NCBI RefSeq assembly: GCF_030028105.1
Contig: NC_092393.1
Location: 29,923,248 to 29,987,247 of the forward strand
Source: Mobula birostris
Taxonomy: Eukaryota
DNA: 64,000 nucleotides
Reading direction: 5' to 3'
Shown here piece by piece: positions 38,091-50,301 of the stretch (its first letter is position 1; each line of letters begins with the position of its first letter). A model generated the notes under the pieces. The model saw only the letters and a program-made list of their open reading frames with translations. It had not been told where the DNA came from and did not search any database. Both the position numbers and the translations under genes were made by a program.

Positions 38091-38388
38091 GATGAATAAG
38101 CTCTTCTCTGGCTTCCAGCCGGGTACAGGTATCAACTTTCCCCAGCGTTTCAACAACAAACTCTGCCATCAACAGGGACGAGGTCTGGGCACGTCTGGTC
38201 CGGTGATATTCATACCCTGTCAGACAGACAATGGGGGTACAAATACCACTGTACTAGATGTGCCCAGGCATCATCCCTGATAATGGCAGAGTTTGTCATC
38301 AAAGTGTCAGTTAATACCTGCACCCGGCTGGAAGCCCAAAAAGAGTTTATCCATCATAAATGCTGGGAAAGCATTAGATCTTTTTTTT
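38091..38388. mobile_element. Fold-back element from a second (probably PLE) family
   Basis: Inverted arms ggcttccagccgggtacaggtat..aaactctgccatc..ctgggcac versus gtgcccag..atggcagagttt..atacctgcacccggctggaagcc; centre ~38223. Confidence 0.7.
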
Positions 38389-38497
38389 AAAAAAATCATT
38401 GAACACGTTTTCTTTATTTCCTTTCAAGTAGCTGTGTTACACAAAGCAATACATTTCCTTTACGTTCTACAGGTGAATGTTACATTGTCCCCTACTG

Positions 38498-38547
38498 ATG
38501 ATCAGGGTTTATTACAACAGAAATGATCAGGGTTTATTACAACAGAA
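38498..38547. repeat. Perfect 25-bp tandem duplication
   Basis: ATGATCAGGGTTTATTACAACAGAA x2. Confidence 0.95.
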
Positions 38548-39024
38548 AATGAAAACAATTCAAATACCATAAAATTCAAAAATGGCACCACTATCTTTAG
38601 CATAAATATTTTTGTACTATCTGCAGTAATAAACTAGGTAACTTCATTTGAATGAAAGATCCTGTGAAATTTAGCTTAATAGCTATGTGGGTTTATTCAA
38701 TAAATAAGTGTCTGTATTATGTAGGGTACACTATCCTTTTACCTTCACACAAACCCAGGCAATGCCCACTGACAAAGCAATTAATTATTGGGAAAAATGG
38801 CACACTTAGTGCTACTCCCTGCCTTAATATATTATGTGCTTCAGAAAGAATAACTGAATTGCAATGAGAAACAAGCACCTTGGCTGATTTCACTATCGGA
38901 ATTTGAGACGTTAGGGTCAAAATACCTCGACTTCCAAACTAGCTAAAGTTAACCAAAGTAGTAAAGATTGAGAACGAAATTTGGTACTTGTTACATACAT
39001 TGATACCCATAGTGGCTGTAGTTC

Positions 39025-39616
39025 ATTAGGAGTTTGAAGAGATTTGGCATGTCAACAAATACACTCAAAAACATCTACAGTTGTACAGTGGAGAGAATTC
39101 TGACAGGCTATCTGGTATTTGGGGTGGGGGGGGGCGGGCACACTACTGCACAGGACCATAAGGAGCTGCAGAGGGTTGTAAGTTTAGTCAGCTCCATCTT
39201 GGGTACTAGCCTACAAAGTACCCAGGACATCTTCAGGGAGCGGTGTCTCAGAAAGGCAGCGTCTGTTATTAAGGACCTCCAGCACCCAGGCCATGCCGTT
39301 TTCTCACTGCTGCCATCGGGTAGAAGGTACAGAAGCCTGAAGGCACACACTCAGCGATTTGGGAACAGCTTCTTCCCCTCTGCCATCCGATTCCTAAATG
39401 AACATTGAATACCTTGGACACTACCTCACTTTTTGTTTTTTTAAAAAGCATACAGTCTTTGTTTTTTTGCATGCTTAAAAATCTATTCAATATCTGTATA
39501 CTGTAATTAATTTACTTATTATTTTTTCTCTTCTAAATTATGTATTACATTGAGCTGCTGCTAAATTAACAAATTTCACATCAAATGCCGGTGATAATAA
39601 ACCCGATTCTGATTCA
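39025..39616 (+). mobile_element. Rex1/Babar-like LINE 3' end
   Basis: ORF 39034-39408 HPGHAVFSLLPSGRRYRSLKAHTQRFGNSFFPSAIRFLN; tail aataaacccgattctgattc. Confidence 0.88.
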
Positions 39617-39909
39617 TTACCAAAAAAAAGGCAATCAGAAATTTAGGTGAAACTTTCTGTTCTTGAGAATGCTAGAATAAAATAGATTCAACATCTATTT
39701 ACTCAATTTAATTGTTAAGGACAAACAAAAAATTAGGAGCTGGCTATTTGACCCCTCAATCCTCATTCACCCAAAAGCCATGGCTGATCTGCCCTAGGGC
39801 TCCTCTCTTGTTTTCTGCTAAGTTCCTATAGACCTAAACTCAATAATTAAAAAATAACTGTCTTCTTTAAATGCCTCCACCATTCCAGATTCCCTAAGGC
39901 TGTAGAGAA

Positions 39910-40560
39910 AAACTCTGACGAAGGGTTTCCTCCCAAAACATCACTGTTTGTTCATTTCCATAGATGCTGCCTGACCTGCTGTGTTCCTCCAGCATTTTGT
40001 GCGCTTTGCAAGGGAAATGAACAGTTACCATTTTGGGCTGAGATCCTTCAAGACTGGAAAAGAAAGGGGCAGAGTAAAAGGAAAGGAGAGGGATAGGATC
40101 AGAAGCTGGCAGGTCAAAGGTGAGTCCAGGTGAGGAGGAATGTAGGCAGTGGGGGAGGGAGACAAAAGGGAATGATTTGAGAATATAGCAGATGACCGGT
40201 AGAAGTAGTAATGGAATGCAAAAGGAGAAATTTAATAGGGTACAACGGTGAAACATGGAATAAAGGGGAGGAAGTATGGAACTAGAGGGAGGTGACAGGC
40301 AGATCATGAGGGTAGGACGCGGTCATCAGAAAACAGGAACATTTATGTTCACGCCCTCAGGTTGGAGATGAAATAAGAGGTGTTGCTCCTCCAACCTGTG
40401 ACTGGGCTCTTTGTGGAAGTAGATGCTGTGGACATGCATCCAGTGTGCCAATGGGAAGAGGAATTGAAATGTGTGGCCACCAGGATATCCTGGCTGTTGA
40501 CCCTCGCAAAACAGGAGTTTCCATGAATCTGACAGTACGCAGAATATGAAAGTTGGCATT
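39910..40560. mobile_element. Older PLE remnants (plus-strand terminus, then minus-strand GIY-YIG 3' end)
   Basis: ctgacgaagggtttcctcccaaaacatc..agatgctgcctgacctgctg; minus strand DILVATHFNSSSH and RLEEQHLLFHLQPEGVN. Confidence 0.75.
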
Positions 40561-40732
40561 GCATTATAATCTTTTCTCTACATTCAATGCTGGTCATCTT
40601 GTTATTAGAAGCCCTACTTCCCAAAATTCATTTTCCTTCAGGAAAATATTATTCCCTAGATAAAGCAGTAGAATAAAATAGGCTGATACACTGCTGTAGC
40701 ACATTAAAATGGCTGAAAGAGAAATACATTAC

Positions 40733-40890
40733 CGCCTGGACATGCAAGAACTTCAACAAAGTGGTAAGGAAATTTCCCTTTCTTCAGTTTTTGCACCATA
40801 TTCTGAATATTCCTGAATCCATATGTGGCTGCGAATCGTAAAACAACCTCCCCGTCTTTTTCCAGCGTGACTTCTTGAAAGTCTTTATTC
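40733..40890 (-). CDS. NARF: NARF coding exon 10 (158 nt)
   Basis: cttag|(R)[52 protein letters not shown](G)|gtaat. Confidence 0.97.
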
Positions 40891-41339
40891 CTAAGCAAAA
40901 GCACAACCTTAAAGCAAACGGCATACAAAATAAACTAGACTATTCAAAATTTGAGAACTCCCTTTCACTTCAAAAGCACACTGAATAATACAATATATAA
41001 GTACAAAATGTGCTCAAAATTGAAGACAGTAGCTTCATTTACAGCGCTTCTGTGCTTATATTGTGTCCCCTTATGAGAAAATATTTTAAAAATATTTTAA
41101 GAGTATTCTAGTAAAAATATTACTGATAATTTTCCAGCAATATGCTGTTGGCAAGGTACTTCCACTGCAGTCAGTATAAAAATATCCAGCACCTTAACTA
41201 CACTACACGACCACATACAGTAGCTAGTGTGCATTTACAAAATACACATTTTGCCAAGTTACTCAGAAAGCACTTCCCAAACTCACTACCCTCATCACCA
41301 AGGAGGACAACAGCAGGCACATGGAGACATTACCACATC

Positions 41340-41766
41340 ACATGAACGTGGATTTCTTGAACTTCCAGTAATTGCCCCCCCCCCCAACTATTCCCCATTC
41401 CCATCTCATCTCATTACCTGCCCCTCACTTCCCTCTGATACTTCTCCCCATTCCCTTTCTTTCAAGGCCTTCTGTCTTCCACCAGATTCCCCTTTCTCCA
41501 GCTCTTTATCTTTCACCAAATGACTTCCCAGCTCTTTACTTCACCCCTCTCTGTTTTCATTCATCATCTACTATCTTGTACTTCTTCCTCTCCTCCCACC
41601 CTCTTACTCCCACTTCTCATTTCTTTTTTTCCAGTCCTGCTGAAGGGTCTCAACTCAGAACGCTGACTGTTTACTCTTTTCCATAGATGCTGCCTGGCCT
41701 GCTCAGTTCCTCCAGCATTTTGTGTGTATTACTTTGATTTCCAGGATCTGCATATTTTCTCTTGTT
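41340..41766 (+). mobile_element. Older PLE 3' end with decayed hammerhead
   Basis: catgaacgtggatttc (M-N-x-D-F end of EN), pyrimidine-rich UTR, agtcctgctgaagggtct..gactgt..agatgctgcctggcctgct. Confidence 0.75.
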
Positions 41767-42419
41767 TGAGACATCACCACTTGCAAGTTTCCCTTCCAAG
41801 TCACAGATCCTGGTGTGGAAATAAATTGGCTGCCTTTCATTGCCACTGATTCCAATTCCTAGAATTCCTATTGTATCCAACAATACTTCACTGTTCAGGA
41901 AAACAGTCCTCTACCATCTTACTGAAGGCAATTAAAACTGGGCAATTACTGAGGGATTTGCCAGCAATGCTCATATCCTGAAAAGGTAATGAAAAAATGG
42001 GACGCTGTACTCTAAACTTTCTGATACATATTGGAGCAAAATAAAAGTTTCACATTGCTGTCATGTACTCAGAAATTTTAGCCTGTGAAGTGTACAAATA
42101 GTCCCCAGGTTACAAATTCCCAATTTACATACAGCCCACAGTTACAAATAAGCTTTCAGGGGAACAGTGGGACACATTTGCTAACAGTTGCAAGGTTGCA
42201 GGAATTTTCTGCCACCTGGGAACTTGTTTATGTTGCACTTCTGCCTTGGTCAGGTCATGAACAGATCTGGGCAGGTCCTTTATGGGGTGCAAATCATTGT
42301 ACTCTGTCACATGGTGGTGTTACTCTTGGTTTATTGAAGTCAATGATATTGGATTTCAGAAATACTTAAACATTTACAGCAATAATCAGCATTAAAAAAA
42401 AACAATCCTGTAATTCATG

Positions 42420-42651
42420 AACACAAATACAAGGAATTCTGCAGATGCTGGAAATTCAAGCACACACATCAAAGTTGCTGGTGAATGCAGCAGGCCAGGC
42501 AGCATCTCTAGGAAGAGGTACAGTCGACGTTTCGGGCCAAGACCCTTCGTCAGGACTCCAGGACTCTCGGCCCGAAATGTCGACTGTACCTCTTCCTAGA
42601 GATGCTGCCTGGCCTGCTGCGTTCACCAGCAACTTTGATGTGTGTTGCTTG
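42420..42651. mobile_element. Fold-back miniature PLE-terminus element
   Basis: ~90-bp near-perfect inverted arms; 8-bp flanking direct repeat AATTCATG (42412-19, 42652-59). Confidence 0.88.
42522..42557 (-). ncRNA. Minimal hammerhead motif, intact core, sense to NARF pre-mRNA
   Basis: AGUC-CUGACGA-A-GGG-UCUUGG-CCC-GAAA-CGUC-GACU. Confidence 0.78.
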
Positions 42652-42984
42652 AATTCATGCCCAGGAATAGTCAAAATAAAAAGAAAGTTGCTGTATTTTG
42701 ACTTCCCATGACCTAAAAATGTGCTTGAGTGGTTTTAATCCAATTGCAAATGAATATATGCAAGAATTTCAAAGCCATCTACAGTACTAGAACAATTTCA
42801 CTCAGGGTTCAAGGACCGCTAGACTAAAGTGGAAACAGTTACACTGATTCAGAGGACAGTTAATTTACCTTGGACACACTAGGTTTGTTAAATTTGTTAG
42901 ATTATCAATGAAAACAATTCTACAGTTTCTGTATAATTACAGCAATTTAATCCATTTGCAAATCTTCTTTATAGGAAAAGTTAC

Positions 42985-43122
42985 CTGAGTGTTTTGTAGA
43001 TAATTTCTTTCACTTCAATGCCAAAGATTTCCTTAGCAGCATATTTAAAAATGTGTTCCAAGAAGCCATCAGATCCTCTCCCATCATGCCTTGCAATAGC
43101 TACATCACTAATTTCTTCAAAT
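42985..43122 (-). CDS. NARF: NARF coding exon 9 (138 nt)
   Basis: gtgcag|(L)[45 protein letters not shown](R)|gtaac. Confidence 0.96.
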
Positions 43123-43197
43123 CTGCACCAAATAATATAGGTTATAATGTTTCTCATTAACAATCAGTAAAATTTTGAGGAAAATTAGGTAGCTTAC

Positions 43198-43270
43198 AAA
43201 TTGTCTGAACGTTTCGGCTCCACGTCTGTTAGCTGGAAACCTTTTTGATCCATCATCTGTGCGACTTCAC
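43198..43270 (-). CDS. NARF: NARF coding exon 8 (73 nt)
   Basis: tttcag|(G)EVAQMMDQKGFQLTDVEPKRSDN(L)|gtaagc; followed by a 75-nt intron. Confidence 0.93.
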
Positions 43271-45811
43271 CTGAAACCGTATTAAAAATAGAGAAATAAT
43301 TTTTCAAATTGCATATTTAGATACAGTATAGAAGATAACTGTCAGATTCTTAATGCAATACAATGGATTGGTTAATGCGTGCAGCTGCTTAATTGTGACA
43401 ACTCTTAAAGAACAAAAACTAATCGAGGAAATAATCAGGATTCCCTTTGTTTATTAAGAACACAATGTCACTTAATTGGGACAAGAGACTGTTGCCAAAT
43501 AGTTTTTAACTAACTCCAGTTGAAGGTATTAACAATTGTCTTGAATGTTACAGTGAAAATGAAGATTTGGAGGATGCAATTGAAGGCAGTCTATTATCTA
43601 CAGTAGGCATTGATACTAATTTTATTTACAGACAAAAGAACATAGTGTACACCGGACGAATTCCTTGGTCGATAACTATCAGGAACTAACAATTTTATAG
43701 TACAGCAGCTGTATTATTATTGTTCTGCATTGCATTTAAATATAAATAAAAGGTTATAAAGTAATTAGGTTCAGGTGCTTTCAAACAATTATTGCAATAA
43801 TTTCAGAATTCAGACAATAATGACTCCATCTTCTGACTCTTAACCAATTTCTACAACCTCTTGGTTGAGTTACCCGAGTTTTTTGCTTTGTGGCTACCTG
43901 TGAGCAAGCAACTCTCAAGATTGTATAATTTATACACTCTTTGATAATAATGTACTTGAATCTTTTCATTGAATGTCGTTCAAAGCTTCTCTTGATTTCC
44001 AGTGACAACCTCTTTTTGACTTCCAAGGACAAAAAATCTCAACAAATATTCATTTTTCTGAAATTATATCATATTTATCAAATTCTTCTAAACATGAGCT
44101 TCCAAGCTTTCACTTTCATTCAACGCACATTTGCTTCATCGAACCTCACAGAAAGCTAATTGGCAGGTTAGTATTTAGTTGACATTCACCTTCAGTAGCT
44201 CCATCATACATCAATCCAACATCCACTTTTAATATCACCGTGGCTCCTCAGTTACTTTTGATTATGATTTTCTGGAGGAACATGCAACCTCACTAATGTA
44301 ATCCAGCAATATTACCAAAATGCAGCTCATCAGCAATTCATTTTTTTTCCTGATGAAATGCTAAACCCCTGCTCTGTTTCATTAAGACCGGAGTGACGAC
44401 TGGTATAAAATCTCTCCTGACCCATGAGAGCTCAACAATCTAGTCTTATGCACTGCTACGTTATTAACTCTGGAACGCAGGATAATTTATCTATTACTGG
44501 ATTAAATCCACAAAAAAAAAAAAAAAAAAAAAAAACACCAACCTCAGTCTACGGTATCTATTAGTTAGCTGAGGAGAATCAAGGCTCACTTGATTAAGCA
44601 CTCATAACTTGCTGGCACAACTGTTGCACAGAACAGCCAGAACAGGCTTTGTTTAATTGATATTATCAACGATATCTGAAAATTGCAGAACATTTGTAAT
44701 CACAATTTTTATTAGCAATTATACCACATAGGGTCAAAGATTTAGATTATAGAAATATACCTTAATGGTAGAATAAACTACAAGATTAAAATGTTACATA
44801 TTGTAAGAGTTCTTTGTGACCAGATGATTTAACTGGGGAGATTTATGTTCAGTGGAGGGCTTATTCACTGGTTACTTTCAAAATAAATCATTATTTACAA
44901 AAGGTGTTTCCCTCCCTAGTGGGAGCTTGCAAGATGGCGACTGTTCCCTTTGGAAGGCACAGCGGTAGAGCCGCCTACTGCAACTGGATCATATCACCAC
45001 AGACTCTGCAGATTAAGTCAGGTAAAATGTAGGCCATATGCATAGGGGTAGTCTAGCATAGATGCTGCATTTCTTCAATGAGGTTTTAAGTATGTCCTAG
45101 AATATTTTCCATTGTCTACCTCATAAACCCTTCCCGTAAAATGAGTGTTTCCAGAATCTGGTGTTGGGCATGTAATTACGATATTGTTGTGCAACTAGGA
45201 GCACCATGAACAAAAATCTATTTAAATGATGAGTCATTTGCAAACTGATGCATACCTCAGATTCACTAATGGTGCACCAGGTGAAACTGGTGCCCTTCAA
45301 CAAATTCTGAGTTGGCCAATCTGACTGCATCAGGTTCTGGTAAATGTATAGACAAGTACCTGGTGGGTGGCTTGGACACGTTAGGCCAAAGGGCCAGTTT
45401 CTGTGATGTACAGCTATGACTGATACAACTTGCTTTATTACAAGTGGTTCAAATCTTTGTAGGCCTTTATATTCAATTTTCCCTTTAACATCGAGATATG
45501 TCTGAAGTCATTATGAATGTGGCAGCCTGTGTGCATGGAGGCAGGAAGGTGAGTAAACAGTGGGCTGGTTCTGGATTTAGTTTCAGGGAACAAAGCTGAT
45601 TAGGTGCATTGTGCGTCAGTGGGAGAACCCTTTAAAGTAGTGATCACAGTTCATAAGGCCTCAGATGAAATGGGCACAAAGGTCACAAATTGATACAGAG
45701 CCAGGTTTACAAGGCTAAATCAGCAAATGTGAATGTGGAAGGTATTAGTCACAGATCAATAGGAGACATGAAATGATTCAAAAGGGTCAGACTAAACATT
45801 TCCCCCAACAA

Positions 45812-46600
45812 AGAACAAGGAGCAGTACAGGCCCCTTGGCCATAATATTGTGCTGACCTTTTAACCTACTGAGATCAATCTAACCTTCCTTCCCAGATAA
45901 ACCTCCACGTGTCTAAGTCTCTTAACTGTCTTCAATGTATCTGTCTCTACCACCACCCCGGGCAACATACACCATACACCCACATCTCTAAAAAAAAAAA
46001 TTCGACCTCTGATATTCCCCCTATACGTTAAGATTATAAGTCCTCATATTAGTCATTTCTACTACAGGAAAAAAAGCCTTTGGCACCCACTCTAGCTACA
46101 CCTCTCATCTTATACACCTCCATCAAGTCACCTCTCATCTTCCTTTGCTTTAAATCCCTAGCACACTCAAGCTATCTTCATAAGACATGCATTCTAAACT
46201 GGGCAGCATCCTGGTAAATATCCGCACTCACTACAAAGCTTCCAGATCCTTCCTATAAAGAGATGTCCAGGATCCAATACAATTCTTCAATGTGGTCCAA
46301 CGAGAGTTGTATAGAGTTGCGACATTACCTCCTGGCTTTTGAACCAATCACCTGAGTAATAAAGACCAATTTATGCCTCCTTAATCACCCTATCAATTTG
46401 TGTGGCAACTCTGAGGGATCCGTGGATGTGGACCCCAAGATCTTTGTCCCTCCACACTAAGAATCCTGCTATTAATCCTGTATTCCTTCTTCAGGTTCAA
46501 CCTTCCAAAGTGTATCACTTTTGCACTTTTCCACATTGAACTCCAGCTGCCAGTTCTCAGCTCAGCTCTGCACCCCATCGTTGTCTCAACCAACTTCAAG
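45812..46600 (-). mobile_element. Degenerate CR1 3' fragment
   Basis: KVIHFGRLNLKKEYRINSRIL; ggcagcatcctggtaaat; CR1 tail near 45815-45870. Confidence 0.8.
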
Positions 46601-48299
46601 ATAGACTAATGTCAGTTCCAGTACACAAGTGTAAAGGAGAATAAAATAATTGTTACTTCTGACCTGATGCAGCACAAAAAGCAAACAAAAACACATTAAA
46701 TATAAATACATAAGACGGCTTGTATACGTAGATTCATATATATCAAGTTGGACAGGTTGGGTCTGGTAAATTTAACAGAAAAATGCCAAGTGTAATTTAA
46801 TACAGGTGTACAAAAGTAAATCCATTGTAGTAGTGTGATAAGGCAAAGAAAGGGCAAGGTATTCAGTGGTATGAGGAAGGACAATCAGGTCTATAATGTG
46901 GTGAAGGAGTTATCCAAGATGCTTTCATTCATTAGCAGAGGCAGAAAATATGAGGACAAGGATATAACTGGACAAAAAGGCCAATTAGGCCAAAAGCCTG
47001 AATACTGTGATCAGTTCTGGTCACCACAGAAAATGTAATTGTACAGAAGGTGCAGGTGAGATTTACTATAATGGGGCTAGGACCAACATGTCCAACCAAC
47101 GCTGCTGCTCTGGTTCTCTCATCCTTATTGAAGTGTGGTGACTTGATCTGCACATAGTATTTAACAGTGGTTTCTATTTTATAGCCCTGGCATCATCTCC
47201 TGTTTTGTGTTCTATGCCTCGGTCAATGAAGTTCTCCTACTTCAGTGCCTTACCATCCCATCGTGTTACCTTTAGCAAATCAAGGCTATGCAATCCAAAA
47301 TCCTCTTCTTCCTCTACACTCCTCAGTATTATGTTTTATTGTTCATTTTCTTGCCTGTTTACCTTCCCCACATGAAGGCCTGCACAATGCTCTGAACTAC
47401 TTAGGTCCACCCAAGTATTCAACTGGTCTCTCCTCCTCACTTCCCAACACTGAAATTTTGGCATCATCAACAAATTTCTTAATTGTGCTTCCTGCAACCC
47501 CACTGCAATCAACCCTCTAGTTCCTGAGGTTCACTTCAGTAATAATCCTTGTCTTTCTAGTAATGACCAACATTTAATCCAAATGAGAGAAAGACCAAAC
47601 TGAGAGAGGGAAAAGATTATAAACAAATTGTAAAGTTTACCTAGAAATTCAAGAGCATCATACTTTTTCCACCAATAACAATTCTCCAATATTATACAAC
47701 CAAAGTTTGTTTTTTACCCCCCCTAAAACAACTCCACAAAAATCATGCAGGTTCTTCCAGGTGTGAGCCATTTCAGTGTGCCTAATGTGATTGTGCATCA
47801 TGGTAACAATGTGACGTGCAACACTCCTTTTAGAGTACTCTGGGGAAGTTGCAGCAGATTGCTTGGAAGCACCCAGTATCCTGGGATAACATGGACCTGC
47901 CAGCAAGCCTGCCGTCAGTTAATAATTTACCTTCAACATATCCATTCCAATAACACTTATCACCCAATAACCCCTCAACCATCACCATGTTATGTTGTAC
48001 CAGTGATCTGAGTCCAAGTGCTCAACCCCTTTCCTCCCACCTCCAAGTCAGCTAATAAGTGTTGGTACATCAGTTACCACCTACAACTTGATAATCCACG
48101 AGCTGGATTCCTCCCCTACCTCACACCAGCCAACTAAAACCTCACCTCCGAACTGAAACCCTGATGTTTTTTTTTCCAGTAACATCAAGTCCAAACAATT
48201 CAAATCATCAGTAGTTAACCTTACCTAACTTGTTATTGGATTGGCTGTATTTTATGTATATTGTGCAATTAAAACACTGTTGTGGATGGTTTCAAGCTC

Positions 48300-48526
48300 G
48301 GCTACGAAAGGAGGCAGGTTGGGCATTGGGCTAGCAACCCCATCCCATAAAAGCCCAGTGCGACAGAAATGCCTACAAAAGCAACAAAGACCTCATCCCT
48401 GAGAGAGGAAGGATCTTTGAAGATGGACTACTCCTGGGAATAATTTGAAAGACTAGCCCAAGACAGGACTCGGTGAGCTGCTGTCGGCAGCCTACACCCC
48501 ACTAGGGTGAAGGGCTATGAAGAAGA
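48300..48526 (+). mobile_element. RTE-related non-autonomous repeat
   Basis: gggctagcaaccccatcccataaaa block and tail cctacaccccactagggtgaagggctatgaagaaga. Confidence 0.5.
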
Positions 48527-48751
48527 TGCCATTAAAACAAATGCTAACTTTAAAAAAACATTTTTGCTTCTAACATGGAGTTTCACATATTTCAAATATT
48601 TTCCATAGCAACACAAGTCAGATACCAAGTTGGTTCATTAATTTTACAGTCAATAGTTTGCACTTGCCAGTTATTTTCCTTCAAGGTGCACCTGCTTACA
48701 AACTGTTCATCTCTAATGTTTTCTACTTTTTATCAAAAGTATTGACATTAC

Positions 48752-48881
48752 CTGAAGTTAGTACACAGTCAACATCCTGTATCTTGCAAACACTGTTGTA
48801 AAAATCTTCCCCTAGTGCCTCCAATTTTTTGTCATAACAGGGAGTAATGACTGCATGGAAGATCTTCTCAGGAGGGAGATG
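48752..48881 (-). CDS. NARF: NARF coding exon 7 (130 nt)
   Basis: tttcag|HLPPEKIFHAVITPCYDKKLEALGEDFYNSVCKIQDVDCVLTS(G)|gtaat. Confidence 0.97.
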
Positions 48882-49077
48882 CTGAAAAAACAATTGTAAC
48901 ATGAAGGACAAAAACCAAAATATCTTTACAGTTTGAGCGCAACAAATAAAATTATTTGTCTCAATACCGCACTTATCCAGGGCTACAATAAAACAAAGTT
49001 ATGAAAGCCATGCAAAGTCATTTACAATTGGTCATACTTAATACCTCAAAGGTTTCTATTGTAAAGAAACACAGATT

Positions 49078-49180
49078 TAGTCCTGACGAAGGGTTTCAGC
49101 CCGAAATGTTGACTGTACCTCTTCCTATAGATGCTACCTGGCCTGCTGCATTCACCAGCATTTTTTGTGTGTGTTGTTTC
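49078..49180 (+). mobile_element. Solo PLE terminus starting at the hammerhead
   Basis: tagtcctgacgaagggtttcagcccgaaatgttgactg..agatgctacctggcctgctg; CpG decay of the ACGU palindrome. Confidence 0.82.
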
Positions 49181-49310
49181 AAAATTTAAATATAGGAACT
49201 CAATTTTACAAGGTGGCCACAGAACTTCCTTGCATCAGTAACATTGTAATATTTCCCCAAACTAGTTATTTTTCTGCATTAGAGTCTATCATATGCTGTT
49301 TTAAGAATAT

Positions 49311-49562
49311 ACAGTCGTGAAAATGATCTTGGCCCGAAACGCTGACTGTTTATTCATTTCCTTTTTTTTAAAAATTTTATTTTTATTTGGATAAGGAATT
49401 CACAAATATCATGTACTTTTTTCACACATATAACCTTTTCCATTTTTTTTTATATGTATAAAACTACAATTATTTATACATTCTTAAGTACACATTGAGA
49501 TGATATTCATTTCCATAGATGTTGCCTGTCCTGCTGAGTTCCCCCATCATTTTGTTTGTGTT
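49311..49562 (+). mobile_element. PLE terminus split by a 142-bp minus-strand LINE-like tail (49362-49503)
   Basis: 11-bp TSD TATTCATTTCC (49351-61, 49504-14); T-rich left end of the insert. Confidence 0.75.
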
Positions 49563-50070
49563 ACACAGTTTAATAATGTGCTTTTTCAGCACCCTATTTC
49601 TGGTCAAATTTAATGAATGCTTCAGAAAGATTAGCATGCATTAAGTAGACAGTTTTTAATTATCCTCCATTTTGATGATTACGTCAGTGTTTAATTTTCA
49701 GTAGATATTTGCTATATCTTAGAATTCCACTAGTAAAATTGTTTATTTTTTGACAAATGCTGCTGTTATATCCTTCAGCACATAATGACTGCTGCAAATA
49801 GTTGCCATCTGCAGCACTACAGGAGAGTGCCTTAAGCAACCTACTTGAAGGAGGTCATTAATCTTGTTCACAACCCTCTTGCGTATCTGGATATGCAACA
49901 AGAAGCAATTGGATAAGGGATAGTTTGGCACATTCACATCAACACATTGGATCAAAACAGTGGGCTTTTTTTTTGTTCACAGATACAGCAGAGATTGTTT
50001 CAGTTTTGAAACCTGCATCTCCAAGGACTGGTCAAGTGAGTGATATTGACCAGGACTGCAGGAGAATTTA

Positions 50071-50120
50071 ATACCCTGCTTAGATAGCATCAGAAATACC
50101 CTGCTTAGATAGCATCAGAA
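50071..50120. repeat. Perfect 25-bp tandem duplication
   Basis: ATACCCTGCTTAGATAGCATCAGAA x2. Confidence 0.95.
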
Positions 50121-50182
50121 ACTTACTATGGAGTTGTCATAAAGGCTAATATTACAAAAATGTACTACTTTCACCTATTTAC

Positions 50183-50301
50183 CTGTTTTTTAGCAAAATA
50201 GTCTTTTATCAGGGATCCCATGACTTGATGCGGGGATTTGGCAGTGCAGATGTGTGGAAGTACAAGGCTCCCCAGGGCTTTTTCAGCATAACGAATCCAA
50301 C
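50183..50301 (-). CDS. NARF: NARF coding exon 6 (119 nt)
   Basis: ttgcag|(G)WIRYAEKALGSLVLPHICTAKSPHQVMGSLIKDYFAKKQ|gtaaa. Confidence 0.97.
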
